From a virus, in the IMG/VR virus record IMGVR_UViG_3300018080_008188, positions 32,001-96,000 of that record: a DNA stretch of 64,000 bases; one strand, written 5' to 3'. Made by a program: the position numbers and the translations under genes. The first letter of the stretch is position 1. Each line of letters opens with the position of its first letter. This document shows, one piece after another, positions 26,718 through 37,309 of the stretch. The notes beneath the pieces were generated by a model that saw nothing but the letters and a program-made list of their open reading frames with translations, was not told where the DNA came from and ran no database searches.

Positions 26718-29700
26718 ATGACCTCAAGGTACCCAGCGGAAATAGACGGATATCAGCAAATAAGGGTGGCTCGCGACGGCGTCGACGAGATAGTCGCCAC
26801 AGATCACAATGCCCTTAGAAGTGCTGTCGTAAAGGTAGAGCAGACGCTCGGCATCAATCCGGCCGGATCTTTCGGAACGGTGGTTGCGCGCCTTGAGAGC
26901 GCTTCGGCTGACATCATGAGCCATGTCACCGGATCGCAGCCAAAACACCAGGACACTGTCATCGAAGGCGCGGCAAAGTCGTCTTCATATCTTGCGCTAG
27001 CGGCCGGGTCAACGGCTACCCAGCTGTCCGCCCTGGTACAGGCTCTTGGAGAATCGTCCGGAGCCCTTCGCGTAGGATATGCCGGCAGCGGAGCTGACAA
27101 GTTCGCGGACGGCAGCGCCGTCCCATCGGGCACGGTCAAAAGCGGACTGGGGTCGATCGCTTCGATGCTTGGCGGGTCTTCCGGGTCGGAAAGGATTGGG
27201 GCGTCCGGCTTCTCCACAGGCAAGTTTTCCGTTTCAGGGGCAGATATCGATGCACAGCTTAAAAGCCTTGGGGGAGTCGCCGACGAGTTGAGCGAAATTG
27301 CCGAAATGGCGTTTGCCGGTCTTGTAACAAGCGGCCTGGCAGTGACGCGCGCAAATGCCACCTCCGTGAATGTTTCGTCGGGGTTTTTGATGTCCGACGG
27401 TCTTCTTCGCAGATATGCGGGAGGAACCTTTGCGCATTCCGGTGCGGGCTTCCACCGCATATACGCGTATATCAACAGCTCCGGCAATATCGCCATCGGA
27501 GACGCCGCCAGCGACGCCGCGCTGATGGCCAATGTTCCTCTGGCGGTTTTTACCGAAACTGGAGCGGCGCATACCGGATTCGTCGGTCTTCGCAGGTTCG
27601 GTCTTCACATGAACCGCGAGCAGATAACGGTCGGGTCGGACGGGTACGGGGCGGATTTTACATCGTTCAAAAGCGCCATGGAATACATGAGCCGGGCGGT
27701 GTCGGCCGGAGCATTCACGCCGCGCAAGATTATGGTGGTAAGCGACATAACGGTTCCCTCAGCAGAGCTGCCGATAGAGCTTGAAAGCGACATGATGGTC
27801 GACGGCGGAAACCACACGCTGACATGGAGCGCAGACTCTGCGCTGTTCAAAATCGACAACAAGAACAGGGTGGTGGTCAAGAATGTGAGGGGGTACTACT
27901 CTCCGGCGGCTGTCGGCGTCAACGCTGCTTTCCTGGACATCGACGCGACAACCTCCGCAAGCGAAGTGGAAGTTTCTACATGCTTCACCAGAAGCGGCGG
28001 AGGCTTGGGATATTTCATCACATACGACACGAGCGGAGGAGGAAGCCTGGACACATTGGTTGTCGAAAGCTGCAATGCCAGATGCGAGCTGTCCGCTCTC
28101 AAGGGCGGAACGGCCGCTGCCGAAGCCGCACCGAAGCACAGCAGAATAGCTGGAAACTATTTCGGACAGAATTCGTTTGTAGCGCAGGCTGATCCGTGTA
28201 TGATGATTGGCGACTTTTCCATTGCGGACGGAAATGTGCTGCAGGGGGGCTACAATGTCGGAATCCGCTCGCACTATGCCGAGGGCGTGGTCGTTTCAGA
28301 CAACATAGTGAACGGCGGCACGGGAACCAGAACGGTCTCCGGCACGGCATACATGGCCAAAGGCATCGAGATGATGGTCAATGCTTCGCTGTGGCTGCAG
28401 CGTTCGATAATCAGCGGAAACTATGTCAAGGGCTGCACATCTGTCGGAGTAGACCTCAATCCTTCGGGCACTGGCGAAGCCACGAACTGTATGGTAAGCG
28501 GGAACATGGTAGACAATTCTCGCGATTTCGACGCGGCGTCGATAGGAGTCAGGGGCGACGACCAGAATTCCATGGTCGAAGGCAACTATATCATCCATCC
28601 GGGGACATACGCTGTTTACAAGTCGCCATATATCGTCGGAAACATGGTACACTGCAAGCAGGGCAACACCATGACTTCTGCAATCGACGTCTCCGGCACC
28701 GATCCAATGGTAGTTAGCGGAAACATGGTGTTCGATCTCAGCGGAGACGGCATAACGGGCAGCGGGGACGATTTCCAGCTAGTACATGGAAACTACATCT
28801 CGTTCGATTCCGGGGGGGCTCCGGGCGTGGGCGTTTCCGGCATGGGCGAAAACGCGGCAATTGCGTACAACTACATAGGCAGTCCGGGAACCTACGGGAT
28901 AAACCATGGAGGAGATTCCGGAACCGTGGCTGGGAATGTCATTGACAGCGCGACCGGAATAGGAATCAACATCAGCGGCCTCCTGGCTTCCGTGTACGGA
29001 AACGCAATTGTGGACTGCCAAGGGGCGTCATGCGTCGTCGTCAGCGGCAACAGGGCGTCTGTTGCTGACAACCTGCTTGTTTCCCCAACTGCCAAGGGCG
29101 TGGCATTGTCGTCTGCGCAGTATTGTATGGTTTCCGGCAACTATGTTAGCGGAGCCGGCGGAACGGCGATAGAGGCCGGATCCGGCTGCCACCACGCTTC
29201 GTTCGTTGGAAACTATGCCTACAGCGGATCCGGCATAGGAATTCTTGCCAGCGCCGAAAGGTGCCTGGCCTCGTCCAATTTCGCGTATGGCGGGACTGTG
29301 GGAATATCGTTCGATGCGTCTGCTGCGCGAGGCGCAATAGTGGCCAACCATGTGGTAGACAACACCGGCGCGGCAGCAATAGAGAACTACAGCGGCCTGT
29401 GCCTCATTTCCGGAAACTTCTCAAGAAACGCCGGCGGCGTCGGCATACGGCTGGACGGAAACGCCATCGATGTGATAGGAAATTTCGTAGACGAGCCTAC
29501 GAGCCATGCGTTCGAAGCTCCCGGCTCGCACGCCTGGTCGTCGGTCGTCGGAAACTATGTCAGGCTGTCCGGAGACCATGCAATAGAAATGGAAAGCAGC
29601 TACGAGGCGCTGATAATCGGAAACAACCTTAACGGGGTAACCGGAATAGGAATTTCGACAAACGGGGTCCTGTGCACGGTGGCAAGCAACAAAATACGAA

Positions 29701-30776
29701 GCGCATCCAGCCACGGAATAGACATAAACGACGGCGACAGCAACCTTGTAATTGGCAACCATCTGTACAGCATCGGAGAATATGGCATAAACGGAGATTC
29801 GTCGGACCTGGCGTCCATTATAGGAAATTTCATTTCGACCGTAACCAACGCCAACCAGAACGGAATAGGCATTGCCGGAGACCGGTGCTCGATAGTTGGA
29901 AACTTTATTCAGAATATCAGCAACATAGGAATAAACGCAACTGGCGACAACAACCTGGTGTCTTCAAATGTAATCGACACCGCCGATTTTTGTATTCGCA
30001 ACGGCGCCAATGCGCTCATAATCGGCAACAGGATGCGAAGCTGCGACTGGGGAGTGTATCCGTACGGGGCAAGCCACAACATGTCCGTTGTCGGCAACAT
30101 GGTTGATACGCATGCCGAAATAGCGTATGTGATAGACGGTCTTGAGGACTGCCTGGTAATAGGAAATACATCGGTCACTCCGGCCGATGCTGCCGCATAC
30201 GGAATATACGGACCGACTGCAAACAGTTCGATGGTTGTAGGAAACAGGTGCGAGGGAACAGGCGGAGGTGCCATATACTCTCTCGGAACCGGAGTCGTGG
30301 ATTCTTTCAACAAGGGGCAGTCATACGAAGTCACCCTTGGAGCAGCCAGTGCAGCAGTGGAAAGAACAGATGCCGGGGCGTCGACATGGGACAAGGTGAC
30401 CGCGGAGCTTTCTGCCACCAATGTCACTTTCGAGCCGTTTTACTACTCCGTGGTCTGGGAGTTCGGAAACGAGTCTGTTCCCATTGGGGCGACCATAGAT
30501 CAGATTGAAGTTGAATATTCCATTTCTGTAGGAGCGGTTAACGACCTCAACATGTCGTGGACCAGCGACAAGGGATTTGGGGCTGCCCCAGTAACTGTGA
30601 ATGCACAAGGCGCAGTAGCTGCCACTGGCCTGAACAAGACCGAAACCATGACTCCGGATGTTCCTCCGGCTATCATGGAAAGGGGGCAGTTTCATCAGGT
30701 TTTGTGCATAGCCATGAATGTTAGCGGTGCCTGGTCGATGAAAATACATGCGGTCAGGCTAACATACACACTTTAA
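26718..30776 (+). CDS. Large right-handed beta-helix fibre/tailspike-like protein
   Basis: 1352 aa; dozens of (I/V)xGNx(I/V)...GI repeats of about 22 aa; N-terminal YPAEID anchor. Confidence 0.8.
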   Translation: MTSRYPAEIDGYQQIRVARDGVDEIVATDHNALRSAVVKVEQTLGINPAGSFGTVVARLESASADIMSHVTGSQPKHQDTVIEGAAKSSSYLALAAGSTATQLSALVQALGESSGALRVGYAGSGADKFADGSAVPSGTVKSGLGSIASMLGGSSGSERIGASGFSTGKFSVSGADIDAQLKSLGGVADELSEIAEMAFAGLVTSGLAVTRANATSVNVSSGFLMSDGLLRRYAGGTFAHSGAGFHRIYAYINSSGNIAIGDAASDAALMANVPLAVFTETGAAHTGFVGLRRFGLHMNREQITVGSDGYGADFTSFKSAMEYMSRAVSAGAFTPRKIMVVSDITVPSAELPIELESDMMVDGGNHTLTWSADSALFKIDNKNRVVVKNVRGYYSPAAVGVNAAFLDIDATTSASEVEVSTCFTRSGGGLGYFITYDTSGGGSLDTLVVESCNARCELSALKGGTAAAEAAPKHSRIAGNYFGQNSFVAQADPCMMIGDFSIADGNVLQGGYNVGIRSHYAEGVVVSDNIVNGGTGTRTVSGTAYMAKGIEMMVNASLWLQRSIISGNYVKGCTSVGVDLNPSGTGEATNCMVSGNMVDNSRDFDAASIGVRGDDQNSMVEGNYIIHPGTYAVYKSPYIVGNMVHCKQGNTMTSAIDVSGTDPMVVSGNMVFDLSGDGITGSGDDFQLVHGNYISFDSGGAPGVGVSGMGENAAIAYNYIGSPGTYGINHGGDSGTVAGNVIDSATGIGINISGLLASVYGNAIVDCQGASCVVVSGNRASVADNLLVSPTAKGVALSSAQYCMVSGNYVSGAGGTAIEAGSGCHHASFVGNYAYSGSGIGILASAERCLASSNFAYGGTVGISFDASAARGAIVANHVVDNTGAAAIENYSGLCLISGNFSRNAGGVGIRLDGNAIDVIGNFVDEPTSHAFEAPGSHAWSSVVGNYVRLSGDHAIEMESSYEALIIGNNLNGVTGIGISTNGVLCTVASNKIRSASSHGIDINDGDSNLVIGNHLYSIGEYGINGDSSDLASIIGNFISTVTNANQNGIGIAGDRCSIVGNFIQNISNIGINATGDNNLVSSNVIDTADFCIRNGANALIIGNRMRSCDWGVYPYGASHNMSVVGNMVDTHAEIAYVIDGLEDCLVIGNTSVTPADAAAYGIYGPTANSSMVVGNRCEGTGGGAIYSLGTGVVDSFNKGQSYEVTLGAASAAVERTDAGASTWDKVTAELSATNVTFEPFYYSVVWEFGNESVPIGATIDQIEVEYSISVGAVNDLNMSWTSDKGFGAAPVTVNAQGAVAATGLNKTETMTPDVPPAIMERGQFHQVLCIAMNVSGAWSMKIHAVRLTYTL

Positions 30777-30790
30777 AAGCGGAGCCTTTC

Positions 30791-31138
30791 ATGCCAACCA
30801 AATTTGAGACGACAAGACTGTATGTCCAAGACGGATATGAAGAGGGCGGCGACGGCGCGCCCGTCATGGACGGATACGATGTGGTGGAAACGGCTGACGG
30901 CTATGATGTGTCGTGTTTTCATGTGCCATTGCACCATGCCAAGAATCTTCGCATGTTTCTGTACAGGGCGAACTTTTCCATATACATGGGGGAACAGGGG
31001 CTGTACAGCCATTCGGCCAGCCATCTTGCTTCTCTGATAGACAGCAGGGAGCGAATGAAGAGGCTTCTGCAGTCCATTGATGAATCGTCGGAAGACGAGC
31101 CGTACGACAAGATCATAGACAGGAATATTTTCAGATAG
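30791..31138 (+). CDS. Hypothetical protein with three DGY motifs
   Basis: 115 aa, GGAG RBS. Confidence 0.6.
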   Translation: MPTKFETTRLYVQDGYEEGGDGAPVMDGYDVVETADGYDVSCFHVPLHHAKNLRMFLYRANFSIYMGEQGLYSHSASHLASLIDSRERMKRLLQSIDESSEDEPYDKIIDRNIFR

Positions 31139-31151
31139 GAAGGAGGCAAGA

Positions 31152-31544
31152 ATGGAAAAGGAGACTTTGCTCGGTCTTATAAAAGAACAGCGCGATGTGG
31201 TGAAAAGAGCTCAGAAGCAGCTCGACAGCCTGCTTGATCTTGCCAGCGACATGGGAATGGATGTCCAGGGAGCCGGCATGGCACAGGAGCATTCATCCAT
31301 AGCTGACAAGGTCAAATCCGAGATAGGGAAAAAAAGGCGCGAAATCATGGAGCAGGTCAGGCGCATGAGGCAGGACGCAATGGACCAGATGGAGCAAATG
31401 AAAACGGAGTTCAATGCGATTGAAACAGGCGCGCCAGGCATGGCTGGAGTTGGCGGATTCGGAGCCGCGCCTGGAGCTGCCGGATGGGAGGGCAGGCTTG
31501 CTGGTCTTGTGCCTGCCGCAACAAAACATCCAAAGGGGGCATGA
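31152..31544 (+). CDS. Hypothetical coiled-coil protein
   Basis: AGGAGG RBS, 130 aa. Confidence 0.7.
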   Translation: MEKETLLGLIKEQRDVVKRAQKQLDSLLDLASDMGMDVQGAGMAQEHSSIADKVKSEIGKKRREIMEQVRRMRQDAMDQMEQMKTEFNAIETGAPGMAGVGGFGAAPGAAGWEGRLAGLVPAATKHPKGA

Positions 31545-31545
31545 A

Positions 31546-31887
31546 ATGAGCAACCACGGCGAAGAGACAGTGTATGTGCCGGAAAAGAAAGCTGACCAGA
31601 AGCAAATGTCCCGCAAATGGGCGCTGGCTCTGCTTGTGGTGATTTTGGCCACCGTCGGCGCCTTGGTGCCGCCCATGGTAAGCGCATGGGTGTTCGGCGC
31701 TGTTGAGCCGCTGAAGGTTATCACCGGAGCAGAATGGGTGTCGGTCGCCACAATGGTGAGCGCCGCCTACATAGGCGGAAACATCTGGCAGAAACACATT
31801 GAGAAGAAAAGCGTGTCCGCTTCCGGAAACGTAACGCTCGACGCGTCCGTCGAGCTGTCCGCCGACGGAAACGAGAAGGAAGCATAA
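31546..31887 (+). CDS. Holin-like membrane protein
   Basis: 113 aa; SRKW followed by two hydrophobic helices and YIGGN motif. Confidence 0.55.
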   Translation: MSNHGEETVYVPEKKADQKQMSRKWALALLVVILATVGALVPPMVSAWVFGAVEPLKVITGAEWVSVATMVSAAYIGGNIWQKHIEKKSVSASGNVTLDASVELSADGNEKEA

Positions 31888-31905
31888 CACCGCGGAGGAG
31901 CGGCA

Positions 31906-34900
31906 ATGTCCATCAATTACCCGGCAGATTTCGACACCGATGCGCAGATTCCCAGGATAGACGACAACATAAGCGAAATCGGCGGAGATGTCATCAATGC
32001 GATCAGGGAACTCCTGTTTGCCATGGAAAAGGAGCTGGGGCTCGAACTGAGCGGTTCGGCCGCCGACCTGGCCGCGCGCCTTGGCGTGTCCATCGACGAT
32101 GCGGGAAACATAAAAGCATCGGCCTTGGCGGCCGCCGGTCTTGTCAGCCTTCCCATCTACAATGGTCAGATTGCGTCAACTGCCGGAATAGAGGAATCGA
32201 AGCTCGACCTGGACTACGGAACGGCTTTTCTCAAAACTGCGCTGGACAGTCTTACGGTGCTGGTACGGTCGATTGAAAGCGCGCTAAGCGCCGACATCGG
32301 CAACATGGCGCAGCATGTCGCACATCCTGGCGCCTATGGGCGTCATGAGGCGGAGGATGTTGACATCGGCTCCGGAATCTACTCCGGGCAAACTGTACAG
32401 GAAACCGTCGACGACATGGCCTCCCGCATCGATGCGCATATAGGAGATGCCGTCGACGCTCACGATGCAAGCGCAATTTCCGTCGACACCAGCAATTTCC
32501 AAACCATACAACAGGAAAACGTACAGGGTGCGCTTGAGGTTCTGGAGACTCTTGACCTTGCCGAGCTTACGCGCCATCGCGATAGGCAGCATGGAAACGG
32601 AATACTTCTTTCCGACGACGTGTTTGTGCCAGACGCTTCGCATGGTCCGGTTCTGGTTGGTCCCGCCTCCATATCGTCTGTTTCAGCTGGCGATTCTTCA
32701 ATATCCTTTCAGTCCGCCCCGCCGGCTGCCAACTTCAACAGGATTGGACGCAACGACCGCGTTGACATCACAGTTAACGGACAAACATTCACCTTTACCG
32801 TGGAAAGCACATCCAGCGTCAATGTGGTAAACTTTTTTGAAAAAATGCCGGCGTCGGCGATTACCGGCACGGCCGTGGTATACTCCAACGCTGAAGAGAC
32901 AACGGCTCCGTCAAACCTGAAGGCGGCAATCAGGAAAGCGGACATTTCAAGCCGCCCAGCCACCATACAGCTAGTGCATCCGGGAGCCCCGTACATTATG
33001 ACCAGCGGATTTCAAGGCAGCCGCCTTTCAGCTTCCGCAAAAAATGTCAGGTTTTGTGCCAACGGCACCGACACGGGAGAGTTGGACCTGTTTGCCAAGA
33101 TGCAGGCATTTTCCGCTGACAAAAGCTCATGGACAGCGGAAAATGTTGCCAAGGTGCTGAACGAGGAGGTGTTTGCCCCTGGCGGAAACACGACGCACCT
33201 TCCCCTTATAGCCTTTGAGCACAATAGCGAATTCGGCGTCGCGCTGGACGAGCCGCTTGAGGACGGCTATGTGGAGATCGGCGATGTCGCAACCGGAAGC
33301 GCATACGACATTTTAGGCCTTGTGTCCGGAGACAGGAACGAAACCAGCGCCAACAGGCTTTTGTACATCGACGGATACCAGATGTCTGGAGGCGTCAGAA
33401 AAGTCCTGGACGCATACGGCTACATACTTACGACAGACACAATCAAGGTTCCTGGAGCGAACCTTTCCGCACTCGGACTGTCGCGAGGATCACTCATACG
33501 CGTAGACGGTCCCGGAATCAGGACTGGCACCTATGTTGTGGAAGGCGTGTCTGCTGATCTCCTTGAGTTCGATCCCGTGGAGGAGCTTGATTTTGGTGCC
33601 GGAAACCTTGGAAAGGGTCTGACCGTCAGGGTCTATTCGGACAGCTTTTCGGTAGATGTCGCGCCAGCTGCGGGGCGGACTTTTTACGAAATGTTCGTAG
33701 ACGGCTATGCCGACCTGCCATCTGTGGAATTGCGTTCTTCTGAGCGGGCTACCTACGAAGACACTCCCGGAGGCGGGTCTCCTCTTGGAAGCGTATTCGA
33801 CCTCGTTGCCGTTTCGCGCGGATTTGAAAATTCGTCCAAACGCTTGTTCTACAATTCCGCCAACAGCACTGTTCTCATAGGAGACCCTGCTGCCGGTCCG
33901 TCGATATCCGACCCGGGCGATGCAGTTTCCCTTCCGACTCCCGCCGCCAACAACCCTGGGAGAAAAATACGAATATTCGACGACTACGGCGCGGAATACC
34001 TGGAGTTCGAAATCGCCGCCCAACTGCCGGCTGCCGACGGATACATGGATATTGAGGTATACAATCGCATCAGTGAAGAAAGGTTCGTACAGGTCGGCAC
34101 CGTTCTACACAACAAGTCGGAATTCAAGCGCCTTGATGATACAAGATTGTTCGGAACCCTTGGCAGGAACGATGTGCGCAGCGACTACACGCGCGACTAC
34201 ATCACATATCCTAGAGCGCTGCTGCGTGGAAACGGCGTTATCTACGGATTGAAGGTCACGAAACTTTCCTCTTCCAAAATACAGGTTAGCGGGGGTCAGG
34301 CGCTTGTTGATGGGGAAATAGTCCTCATTCCAAAACGCGTCCTCGGCATTCCATCCGACGCATCTTCAATCACGCTGAATGTCTTTGTAGACCGCAATGG
34401 CGCATTGCGCATGCTGCCCAATGATGTACAGACGACAACATCCGTCACGCCGTCCACAGAAGAGCTGGTAACCAGCAGCACGAATACCATTCTGGCGACC
34501 GTTTCGACAGACGGGCTTGCCGGAGTCAGCTCTATTGAGGATTATCGCCGGTTCGTCGGCAAAATAGACGACAGGGTGGATCTGATTTGGGAGGAGAACG
34601 ACATAACGCACGGTTCGTTCGCCTCGCTGTCCGCCGCAGTAAGATGGATAGACGCTCATGATGCCGAGGGGCTGCCGGTTCCGCGAACCATTCGCGTGCG
34701 CGGACTTGTGACAGTAGATTTAGCTACCGAAGCCCCAATCACACTTCCAAAGAAAGTGACCTTGGAAGGCAGCACAATGGCCGGCCCTTCCACAACTTCA
34801 GACCCGCGCATTCTCCTACAAAACCAAGCTCCGCAGCACAAGGGATTCATAATTCCACAAGCTGGATGTGTGTTGAAGAATCTGTGTATACAGATGGATG

Positions 34901-37299
34901 CAGTCGGTGCAGGAGCAGACTGCCTTATTGGGACAAATGCGGATTTCATAACTGATGGTCCAGACATTGACAATCTTACAATTGAAAACTGCTCTTTTGT
35001 TGATGTTTCAGGAACGGGTTCAGATGTTTTCCTGATATACGGAGGCGGCATAGGCAATCTTGTTATATCAAATTGTACAGCAACCTTCAACAGCGACAGC
35101 GCCTATTTCATGTATGTCTTGTCGACCATTTATTCCAAAGTAGACAAAGTAACTGTAACAGGATCGAAATCCGTGTCTTTTCTTACATCCAATGGAGTGG
35201 TAAGCAATGTTGCCATCAAAAATGTCGATCTGTATGGAACTACCCTTGGAAACGGTGGATGGATTCTTGGCGCATCGACGATTTCGAATGTAAAAATAGA
35301 AAGCTGCTCCAGCCAAATAGGTGGAGGGGGAAACAGTGCGTTTGTGTATACGAATTCCACGATAGAAAATCTTGCCATGTCCGATTGCCGATTCGATGTT
35401 TTGGGATCATCCGCAGCAGAATACGGAGTAATTTGCGGAAATTTTACACTTTCGGATATTACAAACCTCCATATGACAAACTGCGAACTGGGAAATGTAA
35501 AATACGGAGTGTATGCCGATAACATTGATAGGCTGTGGACTTCTGGATGCAAGCTAGCCACTACGAGTTCAAGCGCGGTTTTTGTCGATGCGAGTGGCAA
35601 CATAACAAATTCGGTGATTCTTGGCAGTCGTTTTACAGGGTCAGGGTCGATTGCGGCAATACGGTCGGCAGGAGAAGCAACAAATGTACACATCGATCAA
35701 TGCCTGATGGAAGGGTTTGACAAAAGCATCCATATTATTTCCGGCGCAAGCATGTTGTGGATAACGAATTGCGTGTTTGATAATACGGCGACTTCGGGGG
35801 TGATTTTTGGGAATTCCACCTCAAATCCACAGGACATATATGTGTGTAAAAACATTTTCTCGAAATCTGGAGCAACAGCTTCAGGTCATTCATTCATAAA
35901 AATCACTGGTGGCGAACGGGTGTACCTAACAGACAACTCCATGATTTGTACTTCCACATCGTCGGAAAATGGAGAAATGATTCTCATAGACGAAACGAGC
36001 AGCATTTTACACATAGAGAACAATACATTTGTGAATACTGCCTCGGATGATCAAGGGTTTGAGAATGTAATAAGCCTAAACGGAGGTGGGGGGGCTGCGC
36101 TTGGCGACCATGTTGATACATACATGGCAAAAAATATAATCAAGAACTTTTTCAATACGGCGCTGACATCCAAAGGCATTTCGGCAATCAATTGTAACAA
36201 CATTCAAATAGTGGAGAATATTGTTTCGCCAGCCAGCCAGCCCATATATATGTACAACTGCCAGGTTGTGAATATTTCCAAAAATGTTCTCGAAAACGGA
36301 ACAGATGCGGGTGCCAAAGAAGTGGTCCTAATAACCGGCAATAGCCCAGCCATGTCGGCGTCATTTCGCGGAAATTTCCTGACCATGACGGAAAATTTGT
36401 TCAAATACATGGGCGACCCTAGCTTGGTTATGCAATCGGCGTCAGTCAAGGTCGAAAATCTTGCCACGGCTTTTGTGGGCGGTGCGGGTCAGTCTGGAGC
36501 AGGAAACATATCGAACAATATATTTTTTGCTATTGCCGCTGGGTCCCAAAGCGGTCAAAGCCTTCTGTCAACCGATTCGACTGCGGACAATTTTTCTGTT
36601 GTGGGAAATATAGTATGGACGGATAGGGGGACTGGCAATGATGGGGATCTTGTCGCATACACTAGCGGTTCGGTATTTGACATTGATGGCGACAATTGTT
36701 TTGTGATCATGAATAATCTTGAGCATGTGTCACTATCCGGAAGCAGCGTTGCTGTTTCGGTCGCCAGTTTAAAGAGCACAAACATTTTGAATAAGGGTCA
36801 TCAATATGCTGTTCATTTTGGAGCACATCAGATGATTGCCAGCTATGACAATTTTGGAAACGCCACATGGTACAGGCTCTGGGCAGATGACACAATCCTC
36901 AAGTCATACATGGCAGCCTCTGATTCGACATACATAACAATGGGTCCACCAGACATGTATTCTGATGTTGTATGCGCATTTGGAAACGATTCGGTTCCAC
37001 CGGGAGCACTTCTTGAACGTATCGAGCTGAGTTTTCAAATATCTCCGGGGACTGTGAACAATCTGCTGATAGGATGGTTCATGAAACAAACATCCGGGCT
37101 TGGATGGGATACAATCTATGCATTTGCCAATCCGAGTTCAACAGGTGGTCTTGTTGGTCCTGTTGTGCCGGAATCCATAGTTCCAGCTTCTCCAACATAT
37201 ATGCTGCCTGGTTCTAGCTGCTATTTTGTTCTGCGTGCCGTCGATTCTGGAACCTGGACTACTGTCATTGCTAAAGTGGTAGTGTATTATACATTATAA
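31906..37299 (+). CDS. Very large fibre protein with C-terminal beta-helix
   Basis: 1797 aa; N-terminal YPADFD anchor like 26718; H.A..I repeats; parallel beta-helix repeats in last ~850 aa. Confidence 0.75.
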   Translation: MSINYPADFDTDAQIPRIDDNISEIGGDVINAIRELLFAMEKELGLELSGSAADLAARLGVSIDDAGNIKASALAAAGLVSLPIYNGQIASTAGIEESKLDLDYGTAFLKTALDSLTVLVRSIESALSADIGNMAQHVAHPGAYGRHEAEDVDIGSGIYSGQTVQETVDDMASRIDAHIGDAVDAHDASAISVDTSNFQTIQQENVQGALEVLETLDLAELTRHRDRQHGNGILLSDDVFVPDASHGPVLVGPASISSVSAGDSSISFQSAPPAANFNRIGRNDRVDITVNGQTFTFTVESTSSVNVVNFFEKMPASAITGTAVVYSNAEETTAPSNLKAAIRKADISSRPATIQLVHPGAPYIMTSGFQGSRLSASAKNVRFCANGTDTGELDLFAKMQAFSADKSSWTAENVAKVLNEEVFAPGGNTTHLPLIAFEHNSEFGVALDEPLEDGYVEIGDVATGSAYDILGLVSGDRNETSANRLLYIDGYQMSGGVRKVLDAYGYILTTDTIKVPGANLSALGLSRGSLIRVDGPGIRTGTYVVEGVSADLLEFDPVEELDFGAGNLGKGLTVRVYSDSFSVDVAPAAGRTFYEMFVDGYADLPSVELRSSERATYEDTPGGGSPLGSVFDLVAVSRGFENSSKRLFYNSANSTVLIGDPAAGPSISDPGDAVSLPTPAANNPGRKIRIFDDYGAEYLEFEIAAQLPAADGYMDIEVYNRISEERFVQVGTVLHNKSEFKRLDDTRLFGTLGRNDVRSDYTRDYITYPRALLRGNGVIYGLKVTKLSSSKIQVSGGQALVDGEIVLIPKRVLGIPSDASSITLNVFVDRNGALRMLPNDVQTTTSVTPSTEELVTSSTNTILATVSTDGLAGVSSIEDYRRFVGKIDDRVDLIWEENDITHGSFASLSAAVRWIDAHDAEGLPVPRTIRVRGLVTVDLATEAPITLPKKVTLEGSTMAGPSTTSDPRILLQNQAPQHKGFIIPQAGCVLKNLCIQMDAVGAGADCLIGTNADFITDGPDIDNLTIENCSFVDVSGTGSDVFLIYGGGIGNLVISNCTATFNSDSAYFMYVLSTIYSKVDKVTVTGSKSVSFLTSNGVVSNVAIKNVDLYGTTLGNGGWILGASTISNVKIESCSSQIGGGGNSAFVYTNSTIENLAMSDCRFDVLGSSAAEYGVICGNFTLSDITNLHMTNCELGNVKYGVYADNIDRLWTSGCKLATTSSSAVFVDASGNITNSVILGSRFTGSGSIAAIRSAGEATNVHIDQCLMEGFDKSIHIISGASMLWITNCVFDNTATSGVIFGNSTSNPQDIYVCKNIFSKSGATASGHSFIKITGGERVYLTDNSMICTSTSSENGEMILIDETSSILHIENNTFVNTASDDQGFENVISLNGGGGAALGDHVDTYMAKNIIKNFFNTALTSKGISAINCNNIQIVENIVSPASQPIYMYNCQVVNISKNVLENGTDAGAKEVVLITGNSPAMSASFRGNFLTMTENLFKYMGDPSLVMQSASVKVENLATAFVGGAGQSGAGNISNNIFFAIAAGSQSGQSLLSTDSTADNFSVVGNIVWTDRGTGNDGDLVAYTSGSVFDIDGDNCFVIMNNLEHVSLSGSSVAVSVASLKSTNILNKGHQYAVHFGAHQMIASYDNFGNATWYRLWADDTILKSYMAASDSTYITMGPPDMYSDVVCAFGNDSVPPGALLERIELSFQISPGTVNNLLIGWFMKQTSGLGWDTIYAFANPSSTGGLVGPVVPESIVPASPTYMLPGSSCYFVLRAVDSGTWTTVIAKVVVYYTL

Positions 37300-37309
37300 G
37301 GAACAAAAC

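Noticed and set aside
30300-37299. Diversity-generating retroelement acting on fibre C-termini
   Set aside because: No reverse transcriptase and no near-identical template/variable repeat pair seen in the window
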